This document shows, piece after piece, positions 48,183 through 59,713 of a stretch of DNA of 64,000 nt. Each line of letters begins with the position of its first letter. The stretch's first letter is position 1. The stretch comes from Heterodontus francisci (lineage: Eukaryota), in the NCBI RefSeq assembly GCF_036365525.1, contig NW_027141363.1, forward strand, positions 372,001 through 436,000, read 5' to 3'. The notes beneath the pieces are model-generated. The model did not search any database. It worked only from the letters and a program-made list of their open reading frames with translations, and was not told the DNA's origin. The translations under genes were made by a program, and so were the position numbers.

Positions 48183-49931
48183 GGGCAATACAACAAATAC
48201 AACAAAAACCTCAGCACGAAAAGCATCAACACATTCAACAACAGCCTCAGCGGGGGAAAACACCAACAAATTCAGAAGCAACGTTGGCAAACAAAAGCTC
48301 ACCAACCAATGTCAGGAGGAGAAAAAAACACCAACAGAATTCAAGAAGTGCGTCAGGAGGAGAAAAGCAACAAAGACAACTTCAGCAGGTGAAAAACAGC
48401 AGCAGATGCAACAACATGTTGAATCTGCACGGTCCTCCTTACCAACATTTCGGGCCTTGTGCCAAGGTTGGGAGAGCTGTCAAGCAACAACCTGACATAG
48501 TCATACTCAGGGAATCATGCCTTGCAGACAATGTCACAGAGCTCGCTATCGCCATCCCCGGGTACGTCCTGTTCCACCATCTCCAACTGCTTCATAAATG
48601 AAATTCCCTTCAATCATAAGAGCTCAGAGTGGGGATGTTCACTGATGATTTCACAATGTTCAGCATCATTCGCGACAGCTCAGATTCTGAAGCAGCCCGT
48701 GTTCAGATGTAGCAAGACCTGGACAACATCCAGGCTTGGGCTGATAAGTGGCAAGTAACATTCGCACCACACAAGTGCCACGCATTGACCATCTACAACA
48801 GGAGAGAATATAACCATCTCCCTTTGACATTCAATGGCATTACCATCGCTGAATCCCCCACTATCAACATCCTGGGGATTGCCATTGAACAGAATCTGAA
48901 CTGGAGTAGCCATATAAATACTGTGGCTACAAGAGCAGGTCAGAGGCTAGGAATCCTGCAGCCAGTTACTCACCTCCTGCCTACCCAAAGCCTGTCCACC
49001 ATCCACAAGGCACAAGTCAGGAGTGTGATGGAATACTGTCCATTTGCCTGGATGGGTGCAGCTCCAACAACACTCAAGAAGCTCGACACCATCCAGGGCA
49101 AAGCAGCCCGCTTGATTGGCACCCCATCTACAAACATTCACTCCCTCAACCACTGATGCATAGTGTCAGCAGTGTGTACCATCTACAAGATCGACTGCAG
49201 CAATGCACCAAGGCTCCCTCCGTCAACACCTTCCAAACCCGCAACCTCTACCACCTAGAAGGGCAAGGGCAGCAGATGCATGGGAACACCACCACTTGCA
49301 GGTTCTCCTCCAAGTCACACACCATCGTGACTTGGAACTATATCGGCTGTTCCTTCACTAACTGTGGGTCAAAATCCTGAAACTCCCTTCCTAACAGCAC
49401 TGTGGGTGTACCTACACTACATGGACTGCAGTGGTTCAAGAAGGCAGCTCACCACCACCTTCTGAAGGGGCAATTAGGGATGGACAATAAATGCTGACCT
49501 CAACCAGCATCGCCCAAAATCCCATGAATGAATTAAAAAAGAGAAAATAACCTCAGCAGGGAAAGAAAAACACCAAAAATACAACAACAACCTCAGCATG
49601 CAAAAACCGAATTGAACAACAATTTAAGCAGGGAAGAAAACAACAAGTACAACAAAAACTTCAGCAGGGAAAACATCAACCAACACAACAACTACCTCAG
49701 CAGGAGAACAAGGCCAACAAGTTCAACAACAGATCAGCAGGAGATTCAAACACCAACAAATTCAACAACCTCAGCCGGAGGAAAACACCAGCAAATACAA
49801 CAACAACCTCAGCAGCAGAATGATACCAACATTTGCAACAGCAACTACTGGCAGCCAATGGCAGAGAGAGGGGCGTGGGTTCCCCATCAGGGAGGGAGGC
49901 GTTGTGCAAACCTAAATCACTTGCTTGAGTC

Positions 49932-50205
49932 GACAAGTCAGTGCCGACCACCAACCACCCATTTATACTAATCCTACACTCATTCCATATTCCTACCACA
50001 TCCCCACCTGTCCCTGTATTTCCCTCCCACCTACCTATACCACGGGCAATTTATAATGGCATGTGGGAGGAAACCGGTGCACCCAGAGGAAAGTACGCAG
50101 ACACAGGAAGAACTTGCAAACTCCACACAGGCAGTACCCAGAATTGAACCTGGGTCGCTGGAGCTATGAGGCTGCGGTGCTAACAACTGGGCCACTGTAC
50201 CGCCC
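49932..50205 (-). mobile_element. HE1-like SINE
   Basis: Same head and body as 25206-25449. Confidence 0.85.
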
Positions 50206-51679
50206 TTTTCATTGGTGCTTTTATTTTTACTGTTGAAGTTATTGTTGAAATTGTTAGTGTTTTTTTCTGCTGCAGTTGTTTTTGTATTTTTGGGGTGTTT
50301 TCTCCTCCAGGGGGACAGCAGAGGGCGAGCTAGGACCAGGAAACACATCAGACTTCACCAATATTGATTATAAAAAACATTGTTTACATTGTTCTGTAAA
50401 ATTGTTTCCTTTCTCTCTCTCTTCATGCCTGTTTCTCTGTCTCTGTTGCTCTTGTTATCTTTCCTCTCTCACACACACTCACTCTCATTCTCTTTCTTTA
50501 TCCCTGTCTCTCTTTCCTTCTCTCATTTCCTCTCAGCTCTGTTGCTCTTTCTGTCTCTCACACACACACCCATTCTCATTCTCCCTCTTTATCTCACTCT
50601 CTTCTTTCCGTCCCCTCTCTTTCTCGCCTCTCATTTCCACGCTTTCTCTTGCTGTCTGTCTCTATTTCTCTCTCACACGCACTCAGTCTCATTCTGTCTC
50701 TCTGTCTCTAATTAATTCTGCCTGTCTCCTCTCATTTCCTGTCTCTGTGTTGCTCTGTCTCTGTCTCTCCCTGTCTGTCTCTGCACCTCCTATTGCCTCA
50801 TTCTCTCTATCTGTCACTCGTTCTCTCAATCTCTCTCTCTCTCTCTTTCGAACTAATTTTCCCTGAATCATTCCATCTCTCAGTGGCTTTGTTAATCAGT
50901 CTGTCTCTCTCTCTCTGTCTTTGCCTCAGTCTACCTCTCCCTTGCTCTCTCTCAGTTGTTGTCTCTCTCTCATTCTCTCTTTATTTCTCCCTATGTGGGG
51001 TTCCCCGGGATGGCCTCTGCCTGTCCGGCTCTGTTCCCCTCTAAGGTTTTGTTGGTATGATGTGGTCAGAGGGTGCTCTGCAAGGAATACAACGCCAGTG
51101 ACACTGGTTATTTGACCTATCTGCAGTTTCCACAGCAGCAGGGGCGGTTTGATCACACTGCTTATAACGAGCCTCCACCTCTGAAAAGAATCTCAAAGTA
51201 GTTTGAGATCTGCTTTCCATGTTACTGCTTTCCAGCTTTAAGACAGGAAACACCACTATCCCCATTTGGTCCCATTGTTGATGAAATTAATGTTCGTAAT
51301 AGTTACTTTTTGCATTGCTATACATAATCTCCTCGTCAACCAAATTGAAATAATTTACTGTTCCTTGATGTGAACAGCAGTTAGGATTATTCTGACAGAG
51401 TATCATCATTAAACATTACCAATTTTCATTTTTCTCAGATGCAGACTGAGCTGGTTTGTGTTCATCCTTCCGAGTTTGGTGCATTTATAGTTTTATCAAT
51501 GTAATAAATCTGATTTATAATTGGGCTTAACCTGTGGAGCAAATATAAGTGTGAATGTAGCAGCGTGACTGGAGAAGAATAATTTGTCTCCTTCTTATTC
51601 CCTCTCTTCTGCTTTTGCCTCTGTCCCGCCCTGTAACCCGCTGTCGTTCTCTCCCCATTGATTTGGATCCTGTGTCAAG

Positions 51680-52011
51680 AATCTTGTTAGATGGTTCTCC
51701 AGTCCCCGGTGGTCAAAACCCTGGTTCCCGTGGAGGAAGCCACGTTCCACAGAAGCATTGGGCAGGGCAACATGACTGAGTGTTATTTGGACTGGTACTT
51801 GCAGATTGGTGACTGCATGGAATGGATCAGATAGAGTGTACTTTCTTCATTGAACGACAGGAAAAGGATTGAAACCCAGCACGAGACTCAGGCAAACATT
51901 TTCACTCTGTCATTGAAAAGCTCCCGGGTCCAAGCCAACAGCACTTACTACTGTGGGGCTCACAAGGATACACACAGTGTAACTAGAATGCAAGGAAACA
52001 TGGCAAAAACT
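51680..52011 (+). pseudogene. Second TCR V pseudogene (V-delta/alpha-like pattern) with 23-RSS
   Basis: From 51691: MVLQSPVVKTLVPVEEATFHRSIGQGNMTECYLDWYLQIGDCMEWIR*SVLSSLNDRKRIETQHETQANIFTLSLKSSRVQANSTYYCGAHKDT. First Cys lost, in-frame stop. CACAGTG 51973-51979, 23-nt spacer, GCAAAAACT 52003-52011. Confidence 0.8.
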
Positions 52012-53050
52012 TGGGAATTGTGTAATACACCTTACCCCAGTCTCTGGGAGTACGGTGGCACAGCTGTTATTTTACAGGGACTAGTAATCCAGAGGCCTCG
52101 ACCAAATGATCCAGAGCACAGGAGTTCAAATCCCACCACAGCAGCTGGGGGAATCTAATTAAACAAACACCACCTTAAATATTCACTCCCTCCGCCACCG
52201 ACGCACAGTGGCAGCAGTTTGTACCAGCTACAAGATGTACTGCAGTAACGCACCAAGGTTCCTTTGACAGCACCGTCCAAACACATGAGCTCTACCAACT
52301 AGAAGGACAAGGGCAGCAGACGCATGGGAACATCACCGTCTGCAAGTTCCCTTCCAAGTCACACACCATCCTGACTTGGAACTATATCACCGTTCCTTCA
52401 CTTTCGTGGGTCAAAATCCTGGAACACCCTTCCGAACAGCACTGTGGGTGTACCTACCCCACATGGACCTAGTGGTTCAAGAAGGCAGCTCACCACCACC
52501 TTCTCAAGGGCGATTAAGGATAGCCAATAAATGCTGGCCTCAACCAGCGTCGCCCAAAATCTCATGAATTAATTAAAAAAGAGAAAATAACCTCAGCAGG
52601 GGGCAAAAAAACCTCGAAATAATGCAACAACAAACTCAACATTAAAAAAATTCCAACAGCAACTTAAGCAGGGAAGAAAACAAAAAACACAACAAAAACC
52701 CCAGCAGGGAAAACACAACAACTACCTCAGCAGGAGAACAACGCCAACAAATTCAACAACAGATCAGCAGGAGATTCAAGCACCAACAAATTCAACAACC
52801 TCAGTCGGAGAAAAACACCAGCAAATACAACAACAGATACAACAACAACTTTAGCAGCAGAGCGATACCAACAAATGCAACGACAACTACTGGCAGCCAA
52901 TGGTAGAGAGAGGGGTGTGGGATCCCCATCAGGGAGGGAGGTGTTGGACAAACCTGAATCACTTGCTTGAGTCTTCATGTGGCTTCTCACAGGACTCAAC
53001 TCTCTTCTTTCCACTGATTTCCCAATTGCAGGATCAGCTTCCAGTGGAAG

Positions 53051-53582
53051 ATGTATCTGTTATTGAGTCTCATGGTCTTATTTCAAAGTAAGGGATCTTT
53101 CTCACCACCACCCCACACACCCATTGTTTGTGTTAACAGCTCTCTTTCTTATTTTCTTTCTCTGTATCTTTCTCTCCTTCCTTCATTCTTCACATCCCAG
53201 TTTGTCCCTGTTCACTGACCTTCTTCTCTCCCGGTCTCTTCCCGCAGGCGCAATCTTAGCGAGGGTCCACCAGACTCACACCGCCGTCTCCAGATTTCCT
53301 GGGGAGGGAGTGGGACTGGAGTGCCATGTGGAGGGTGAGAGTAGCGGTTACATGTTCTAGTACAAACAGGACCCGGGGAAGGAGCCGCGGCTGATGTTTT
53401 ACTCTGCAGCTACACCAGGTGTGAACTCAGAGGGGATGGTGGAGGGTTTCAATGCCAAACGACCGACTGGTTCCCAGTTCAACCTGGAGACCACCAGCCT
53501 GCGGGAGAATCACTCGGCCCTGTATTTCTGTGCCTGGAGTCAGCACAGTGACTCAGAGAGACGCAGCAGTTCAACAAAAACA
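53051..53582 (+). pseudogene. TRBV: TCR beta V segment pseudogene (TRBV30-like, CAWS) with leader and 23-RSS
   Basis: Leader 53051-53087 (MYLLLSLMVLFQ|gtaagg). V exon 53248-53543: SAILARVHQTHTAVSRFPGEGVGLECHVEGESSGYMF*YKQDPGKEPRLMFYSAATPGVNSEGMVEGFNAKRPTGSQFNLETTSLRENHSALYFCAWS. The conserved Trp codon is TAG (53358-53360). Followed by CACAGTG, 23 nt, ACAAAAACA. Confidence 0.9.
53544..53582 (+). promoter_or_regulatory. 23-bp-spacer recombination signal sequence
   Basis: Heptamer CACAGTG 53544-53550, spacer 53551-53573 (23 nt), nonamer ACAAAAACA 53574-53582 (8/9 consensus). Confidence 0.92.
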
Positions 53583-54709
53583 CCAACAGAAACACCTGTT
53601 TCAGATAAAAGCCTGCAGCTCTGTATCCTGTTCGGTTTATCTGTTGCAGTGTGAACATGTCTTCCACATGAAGACACAGAAAGATGTTCAAGGATGATAT
53701 CAGAACTGAGAGGTGATAATGATCAGGAAAAGACTGAACAGACTGGGGCTCTTTTCTCCAGAAAAGAGAAGGCTGAGGAGTGACCTGATAGAGCTCTTTA
53801 AGATTATGAAAGGGGTTTTGATCAGATAAATGTAGAGAAGATTTTTTCCATTTGCGGGCGAGTCCAGAAAAAGGGGGAGGGGTCATCAATATAAGACAGT
53901 CACCAATAAATCCAATTGGGAATTCGGGAGAAACATCTTCACCCAGAGAGTGAGGAGAATGTGGAACTCATTACCACAGGCTGAGGGGAATAGGCAAGAT
54001 GTATTTAAGCTGGGGGTGGCGGGGGTCGGGGGGGTCGGGGGGGGGTGCTGCATAGGACATGAGGGAGAGAGGAACAGAAGGAGATGCGGCTGGGGGCGAG
54101 ATGAAGAGGGCGTGGAACGACGTTCCTGTGGACCAAAAAGGCCTGCATGGACGTGTCTGGCCGAATGCTCTGTTTCTGTGCTGTAAATTCCCTGCAGCTG
54201 GAGCGAGGAGCAGGAACACCAACACTGTGGGACTAGTCAGTGGAACTGGGGAACTGACTCCTGGGTGAGGAGCAGCTTTTCTTTGTGATCCTCATCTAAA
54301 CCTGTCACAATCGTGTACACCTCTATCAGGTCTCCACTCAATCTCATTTTCTCCAGGTTTTCCAACCTAACCTTGTAATTAAAATCCCCTATCCCCGAAA
54401 CCATTGTGGTAAATCTCCTCTACACCCTCTCAAGGAAACTCACCTCCTTCCTAAAGTGTGGTGAGCAGAACTGGATGCAATTGTCCAGTTGTGGCCTAAC
54501 TAGAGCTTTATAAAGATTCAGCATAACTTTCCATATTTTGTAAGCAGTGCCTCTATTTATGAAGCCCAAGATCTCACAGTTTTGCTAATCTCATATGTTT
54601 TGCTATTCCCATATTCTTTGCTACTGTTTCGAAGTACAGGCGCTGCTGTAATGCAGGAAGTGTGGCAGCCAGTTTCCACAAGGCAAGATCCCACGAACTG
54701 ACAATGTGC

Positions 54710-56390
54710 AGATCCTGCTGAAGTTGTTTTTGTTTCTTTTGTTTTTTTCTCCTGCTGAAGTTGTTGTTGACTTTGTTGGTGTTTTTCCTGTTGAAGTTGT
54801 TGTTGCATTTGTTGCTGTTTTTCCTGCTGAGATTGTTGTTGAAATTTTTGGTGTTTTTCCTGTTGAGGTTGTTGTTTTGAATTTGTTGTTGTTTACTCCT
54901 GCAGAAGTTGTTGTTGAATTTGTTGGTGTTTTTCTTGTTGTTGAATTTGTTGGTGCTTTTTTCCTTCAGGTTGTTGTTGAATTTGTTGGTGTTTTCTCCT
55001 GCTAAAGTTGTTGTTGACTTTGTTGGTGTTTTTCTCCTGTTGAAGTTGTTGTTGATTTTATTAGTACTTTATTTTTCTCCTGTTGAAGTTATTGCTGAGC
55101 TTGTTAGTGGGTTATTTTTCTGGTGCAGTTGTTTTTGTATTTTTTCCTGTTTGTCTCCTGCTAAAGTTGCTGTTGAATCTATTGGTGTTCTTTCTCGATG
55201 TTGTTGTTTTTCTCCTGAAGTTGTTGTTGAATTCCATATCATTTAATACCCTCACCTAACATCAATCTAGCAATCTCTGCTTTGGAATGTCTGATTAACC
55301 CCCTCAAACCCCCATCTGTAGAGCTTTTTGAGGGAGAGAGCTCCAGATTTCCACTTCCTGCTGTGTGAACCAGCGTTTCCTGACATCACTCCTAAACAGC
55401 CCCACCCCACCTTGCCCTGGACTCCCCCAGCAGAGGAAATTGTTTCTGTCCATTAACACCATCGAATCCTTTAATCGCCCTAAATATTTCAATGAGATCA
55501 CCCTTTAATCTCCTATACTTAAGAGAATATGACATTAGGCCATGCAAACTGTGAAGCTAATTTAACCCTTTTAGACCTGGTGTCATTACTTCCAAGGCTG
55601 AGACATCCTTCCTGAGTTTTGATGCACAGAACTCAACATGGTTTCTCCAGAAGGGGACTAATCCGAGCTGCATACAACAGTAACACAACACCCAGCGCTT
55701 TCTATTCCAGCTCCCTTGAGGGAAAAGGGACAATACTCTTTGTTGTAATAGTTACTTAATGTTTTAATTATTTGACCTGGAAACGAACCTGCAGAAAGGT
55801 TATTTCAATGAGCAGGAGTTCACTCTGTGGAACAGGGTCCCAGGGAGACGCTGGAAGCAGATATCAGAGAGATTTCACTCAGGGATACACCGAGAGTGAA
55901 AGCTGAGTCATGAGGGGTGGTGAGTGTAACATGTTCAGGAGGAACAGGGGAATTCAACAACTACTTCAGGAGGGGGGAAAAGAACAACAAATACAACAAC
56001 TTCAGGAGCAGAAAGACACCAACAAATTCAACAACTTCTTCAGGAGAAATAAAAACAAACATCACAACAACTTCAACAGGAAAATTACACCAACAAATTC
56101 AACAACAACTTCAGGAAGCAATCACCAACAAATCCTGCAACTTTAGGGGAAGGGGGGAGTAAAGAAAACAACTAATATTCTCACAACGTCAGCAGGGGAA
56201 ACACCAACAACTTCACCAACAACTTCAGGGAAGTACATCAAGCAATGCAGCAGCAACTTCAGCTGGGGAAAGACACCAACAAGTTCAACAACAACTTCAG
56301 TGAAAAAAACAATAAATACAGCAACAACTTCAGCAGGGGAAAAACACTAACAAATTGAACAACATCAGAAGGGGGTAAAACACTGACAAA
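54710..56390. repeat. Two CAA-rich satellite arrays in opposite orientation flanking CR1 debris
   Basis: GTTGTT-rich 54710-55230 and CAACAA-rich 55950-56390. Confidence 0.8.
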
Positions 56391-56629
56391 TGGGGAAATT
56401 GCACAACTTGTTGAGGTTGATGGGAATTCGTTCACAAAAGCTCCGAGTATCTGATCAGACCTGCATGATGTAATCGTTGCAAACAAAGCCCATTTGAGCC
56501 TCAATGTGGAAAGGGGAGAGGGAGATTCATAAAAGGGGCTCAAAGATCTTCTACCAGCACGTAAATAGTAAGTGAGTAGTAAGAGGTAAAGAGGGGTCAA
56601 GTAAGGACGGAGAGAGTAATATGTGCTTT

Positions 56630-58320
56630 GAGGCACAGGGCAAAGCTAATATACTTAATGAGAACTTTGTATCAGTGTTCACGAAGGAACTGGAGGCTGA
56701 AAATTATCTGCAGAAGCAGAGAGAGTAGAGGCAATGGATGGGATAACAATTGAGAGCTGGTACTAAAAAGGCTGGCTATGCTTTGGGTGGATAAGTCACC
56801 TGGTTCAGATAACTTGCATCACAGGTTGTGAAAGGAAGTGGGGGGTAGAGATAGAAGAAGGGCTTGCCATAATCTTCAAATCTTCCCTGGTTATGGGGGA
56901 GGTGCCAGAGGATGACAAAGTGGCAAAACCATATTCAAGAAAGGGTGTAAGGACAGTCCGAGCAACTACAGGCCACTTAGTTTAACATCACTGATGGGTT
57001 TGGTTCTAGAAACAATAATCAGAGAAAAATCAATAGATGGTTTGAGAGGTTCGAGTTTAATTAAGGATAGCCAGCATGGATTTTCAAAAGGCAGGACATT
57101 ATTGACTAATCTAATTGAATTCTTTGATGAAGCGACAGAGAAGGTCGATGGAGTGAATGTGGTGGATGTTGTATATGTGGATTTTAAGAAAGCGCTTGAC
57201 AAGGTACCACATAAAAGGCTGGTTAACACAACTGAGGCTCATGGATGAGAGGGTCAGTGTTCAATTGGGTGAAAAAGTGCCGTCAGGACAGGAAACAGCG
57301 AATCGTAGTAAATGGTTGCTTTTTAGACTGAGGGATGGTAGTCAGTGTTGTTCCCCCATGGGTCAGTGCTGGGACCACTGCTTTTTCTGCTATATATAAA
57401 TGACTTGGATCTTGAAATACAGAGCAGAATCTCAAACTTTGCTCTCCACACCAAACTTGGAGGTGCGGCAAACAGTGTGGATGATATGAACTGCCTGGAT
57501 CAGGGCATAGATAGGCTAGCAGAATGGACAGAGAGGTGGTCAATGGAATTTCATACTGACAAGTGTGAGGTGATGCATTTTAGCAGAAGGAATAGGGAGA
57601 TGCAATATATACTTAATGGCACAGTTGTAAAGATTGTGCAGGGACAGAGGGACCTGGGGGTGTATGTGCACACATCTTTGAAGGTGGCAGGACATCGTGA
57701 GAGAGTGGTTAGGAAAGCAGGTGGGATCTTGGGCTTCATAAATAAAGACATAGGGCACAAAAGCAGTGAAGCCATTGTGAACCTTATAAAGCTCTGGTTC
57801 GTCCCCAAATGGAGAGTTGTGTCCAGTTCTGGTCACCACACTTCAGGAACGATATGAGGGTCCTTGAGAGGGTGCAGAGAAGGTTTACCAGAATGGTTCC
57901 AATGATGGGGGACTTTAGTTGCAAGGTTAGGTTGGAAAAACTGGGTTTGTTCTCCTTAGAACAAAGGTGGTTTGACAGAAATGTACAAGATTATGACAGA
58001 CTTAGATAACTCAGACAAGAAAAAACGGTTCCCATTAACTAATGGTACAATAGGGAGGTTGTAGGTTTGGGTTAGAGATGCAGGGGAATATGAGGAAGAA
58101 CTTTTTTGGCACTGCGGGTGTTAATGACCTGGGACTCGCTGCCCACAGGGTGGTGAAAGCGAAGATGATCAATGACTTCAAGAGGAAGTTGGATTTCCAC
58201 CTGAGAGAAATAGACTTGCAGGGCTACAGGGATCGAGCTTGGGGAGTGGACTTACTTCACAGCACCGTGGACAGCCAGCATGAACTCGATGGTCCGAATG
58301 GTCTTCTTCAGTGCCGTAAA
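56630..58320 (+). mobile_element. Degenerate CR1 ORF2
   Basis: SQHGFSKGR..LTNLIEFF, YVDFKKALDKVPH, GSVLGPLLFLLYINDL. Confidence 0.88.
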
Positions 58321-58739
58321 TGGCTCGATGCCTCCTTTAAAAGAAGCAACCCTTGACTCTTCTGTCCTTACAAAATACTGTCCCATCTCCAACATCCCTT
58401 TCCTCTCCGAAATCCTGGAACAAGCTGTGCCCATCTTTCCCAGAATTCCATGTTTGAATCCATCAGCCCCTTGCTATGGTTCTGATATTAATCCCAGCCA
58501 TATCAGTAATGGGTTAGTATTTGACAATAGCCTGTCAATAACTCCCTCAGATATACAGACTAATGCTTCGAGAAATACACCCTTGCCAATGTTTGACTTG
58601 AAATTTAAATACAGAGCCCATCGCAGTCCCAGCACTGTCCCAATGTTAGGGTGTGACCAGCAGTCAGTGTCTGGTCCATTGATAGCTGGGCAGAGGCTTC
58701 ACAATGTCACGTTTCCTGGTTACACAGCGACTCTCACAG

Positions 58740-58776
<37 letters not shown>

Positions 58777-59204
58777 GCTGTCTTCACTCTTTATTGCCTA
58801 TGTACCTGAATATGTACCGGTGCCTATTCAGGAGATCCTATCTGTGCCTCTGATCGAAACAGTCCATTGTCCTCAGTCTGTGAGACTCATCTGACAAGCA
58901 CGACATCAGTACTGGGTCAAATTGTGGCAATGTGCTCTGTATCCTCTCAGATTAATGGACACTGAGTATCCGACAGAAAATATTCACAGGATAAATACCT
59001 CCCATATCAGTAATGTGTCAGTATTGAGCAATAGGCTGTTTATATTAGATCATAAATGGACACTGAGTGTCCCAGACAGATCATTCTCATGATAAGTTGC
59101 TTCAATATGTCAGCAACAGTCCAGGACCCCAAACTCTCCTTCCAGGTGAAACAGCGATTCACTTGGACTTTCAATATCAAATAGAAAGAGGGAGTTATTG
59201 ACAG

Positions 59205-59550
59205 GCTATTTTATATCGTCCCTCACGACCACCTGCCAAAGTGCGTCACAGCCAATGAAATGCTTGTTTTGCTGCAGTGTAGTCACTGTTGTAATGTAAG
59301 AATCATGGCAGCTGATTTGTGCACAGCAAGCTCCCACAAACAGCAATGTGAGAATGACCAGGTAATCTGTTTTAATGACGTTGATGGAGGGATAATTATT
59401 GGCCAGGACACCAAGGAGAACTCCCCTGTGTTTCTTCAAAATAGTCCAATGGGATCGTTTATATCCACGGGAGTAAGAGGATGGAGTCTCTGTTTAATGT
59501 GACATCTGAAAGAGGGCATCCTGACAGTGCAGCACTCACTCAGTACTGCC
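59205..59550 (-). mobile_element. DeuSINE (SacSINE1/AmnSINE-like)
   Basis: Reverse complement matches the recalled Deu core and 3' tail (GGTGTCCTGGCCAAT..ATCCCTC..CAGATTA.CTGGTCATT.TCACATTGCTGTTTGTGGGAGCTTGCTGTGC). Confidence 0.85.
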
Positions 59551-59713
59551 GCTCTGACAGTGCAGCACTCACTCAGTACAGACCCTCTGACAGTGCAGCA
59601 CTCCCTCAGTACTGCCCCTCTGAAAGTGCAGCGCTCCCTCAGTACTGACGCTCCGACAATGTAACATTCCCTCAGTACTGACCTTCCAACAGTGCAGCAC
59701 TCCCTCAGTACTG
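59521..59713. repeat. About 32-bp tandem repeat (CTGACAGTGCAGCACTCCCTCAGTACTGCCCCT) grown from the Deu domain of the adjacent SINE
   Basis: About six units contiguous with the DeuSINE core. Confidence 0.85.

Noticed and set aside
51040-51200. EF-hand-like peptide KEYNASDTGYLTYLQF after an acceptor-like site
   Set aside because: Stop immediately upstream in frame and no partner exons; may be chance or a dead fragment.
54222-54268. CACTGTG-GGACTAG resembling a TRBD or J segment
   Set aside because: No nonamer at 12 or 23 nt, no 3' heptamer, no FGxG motif.
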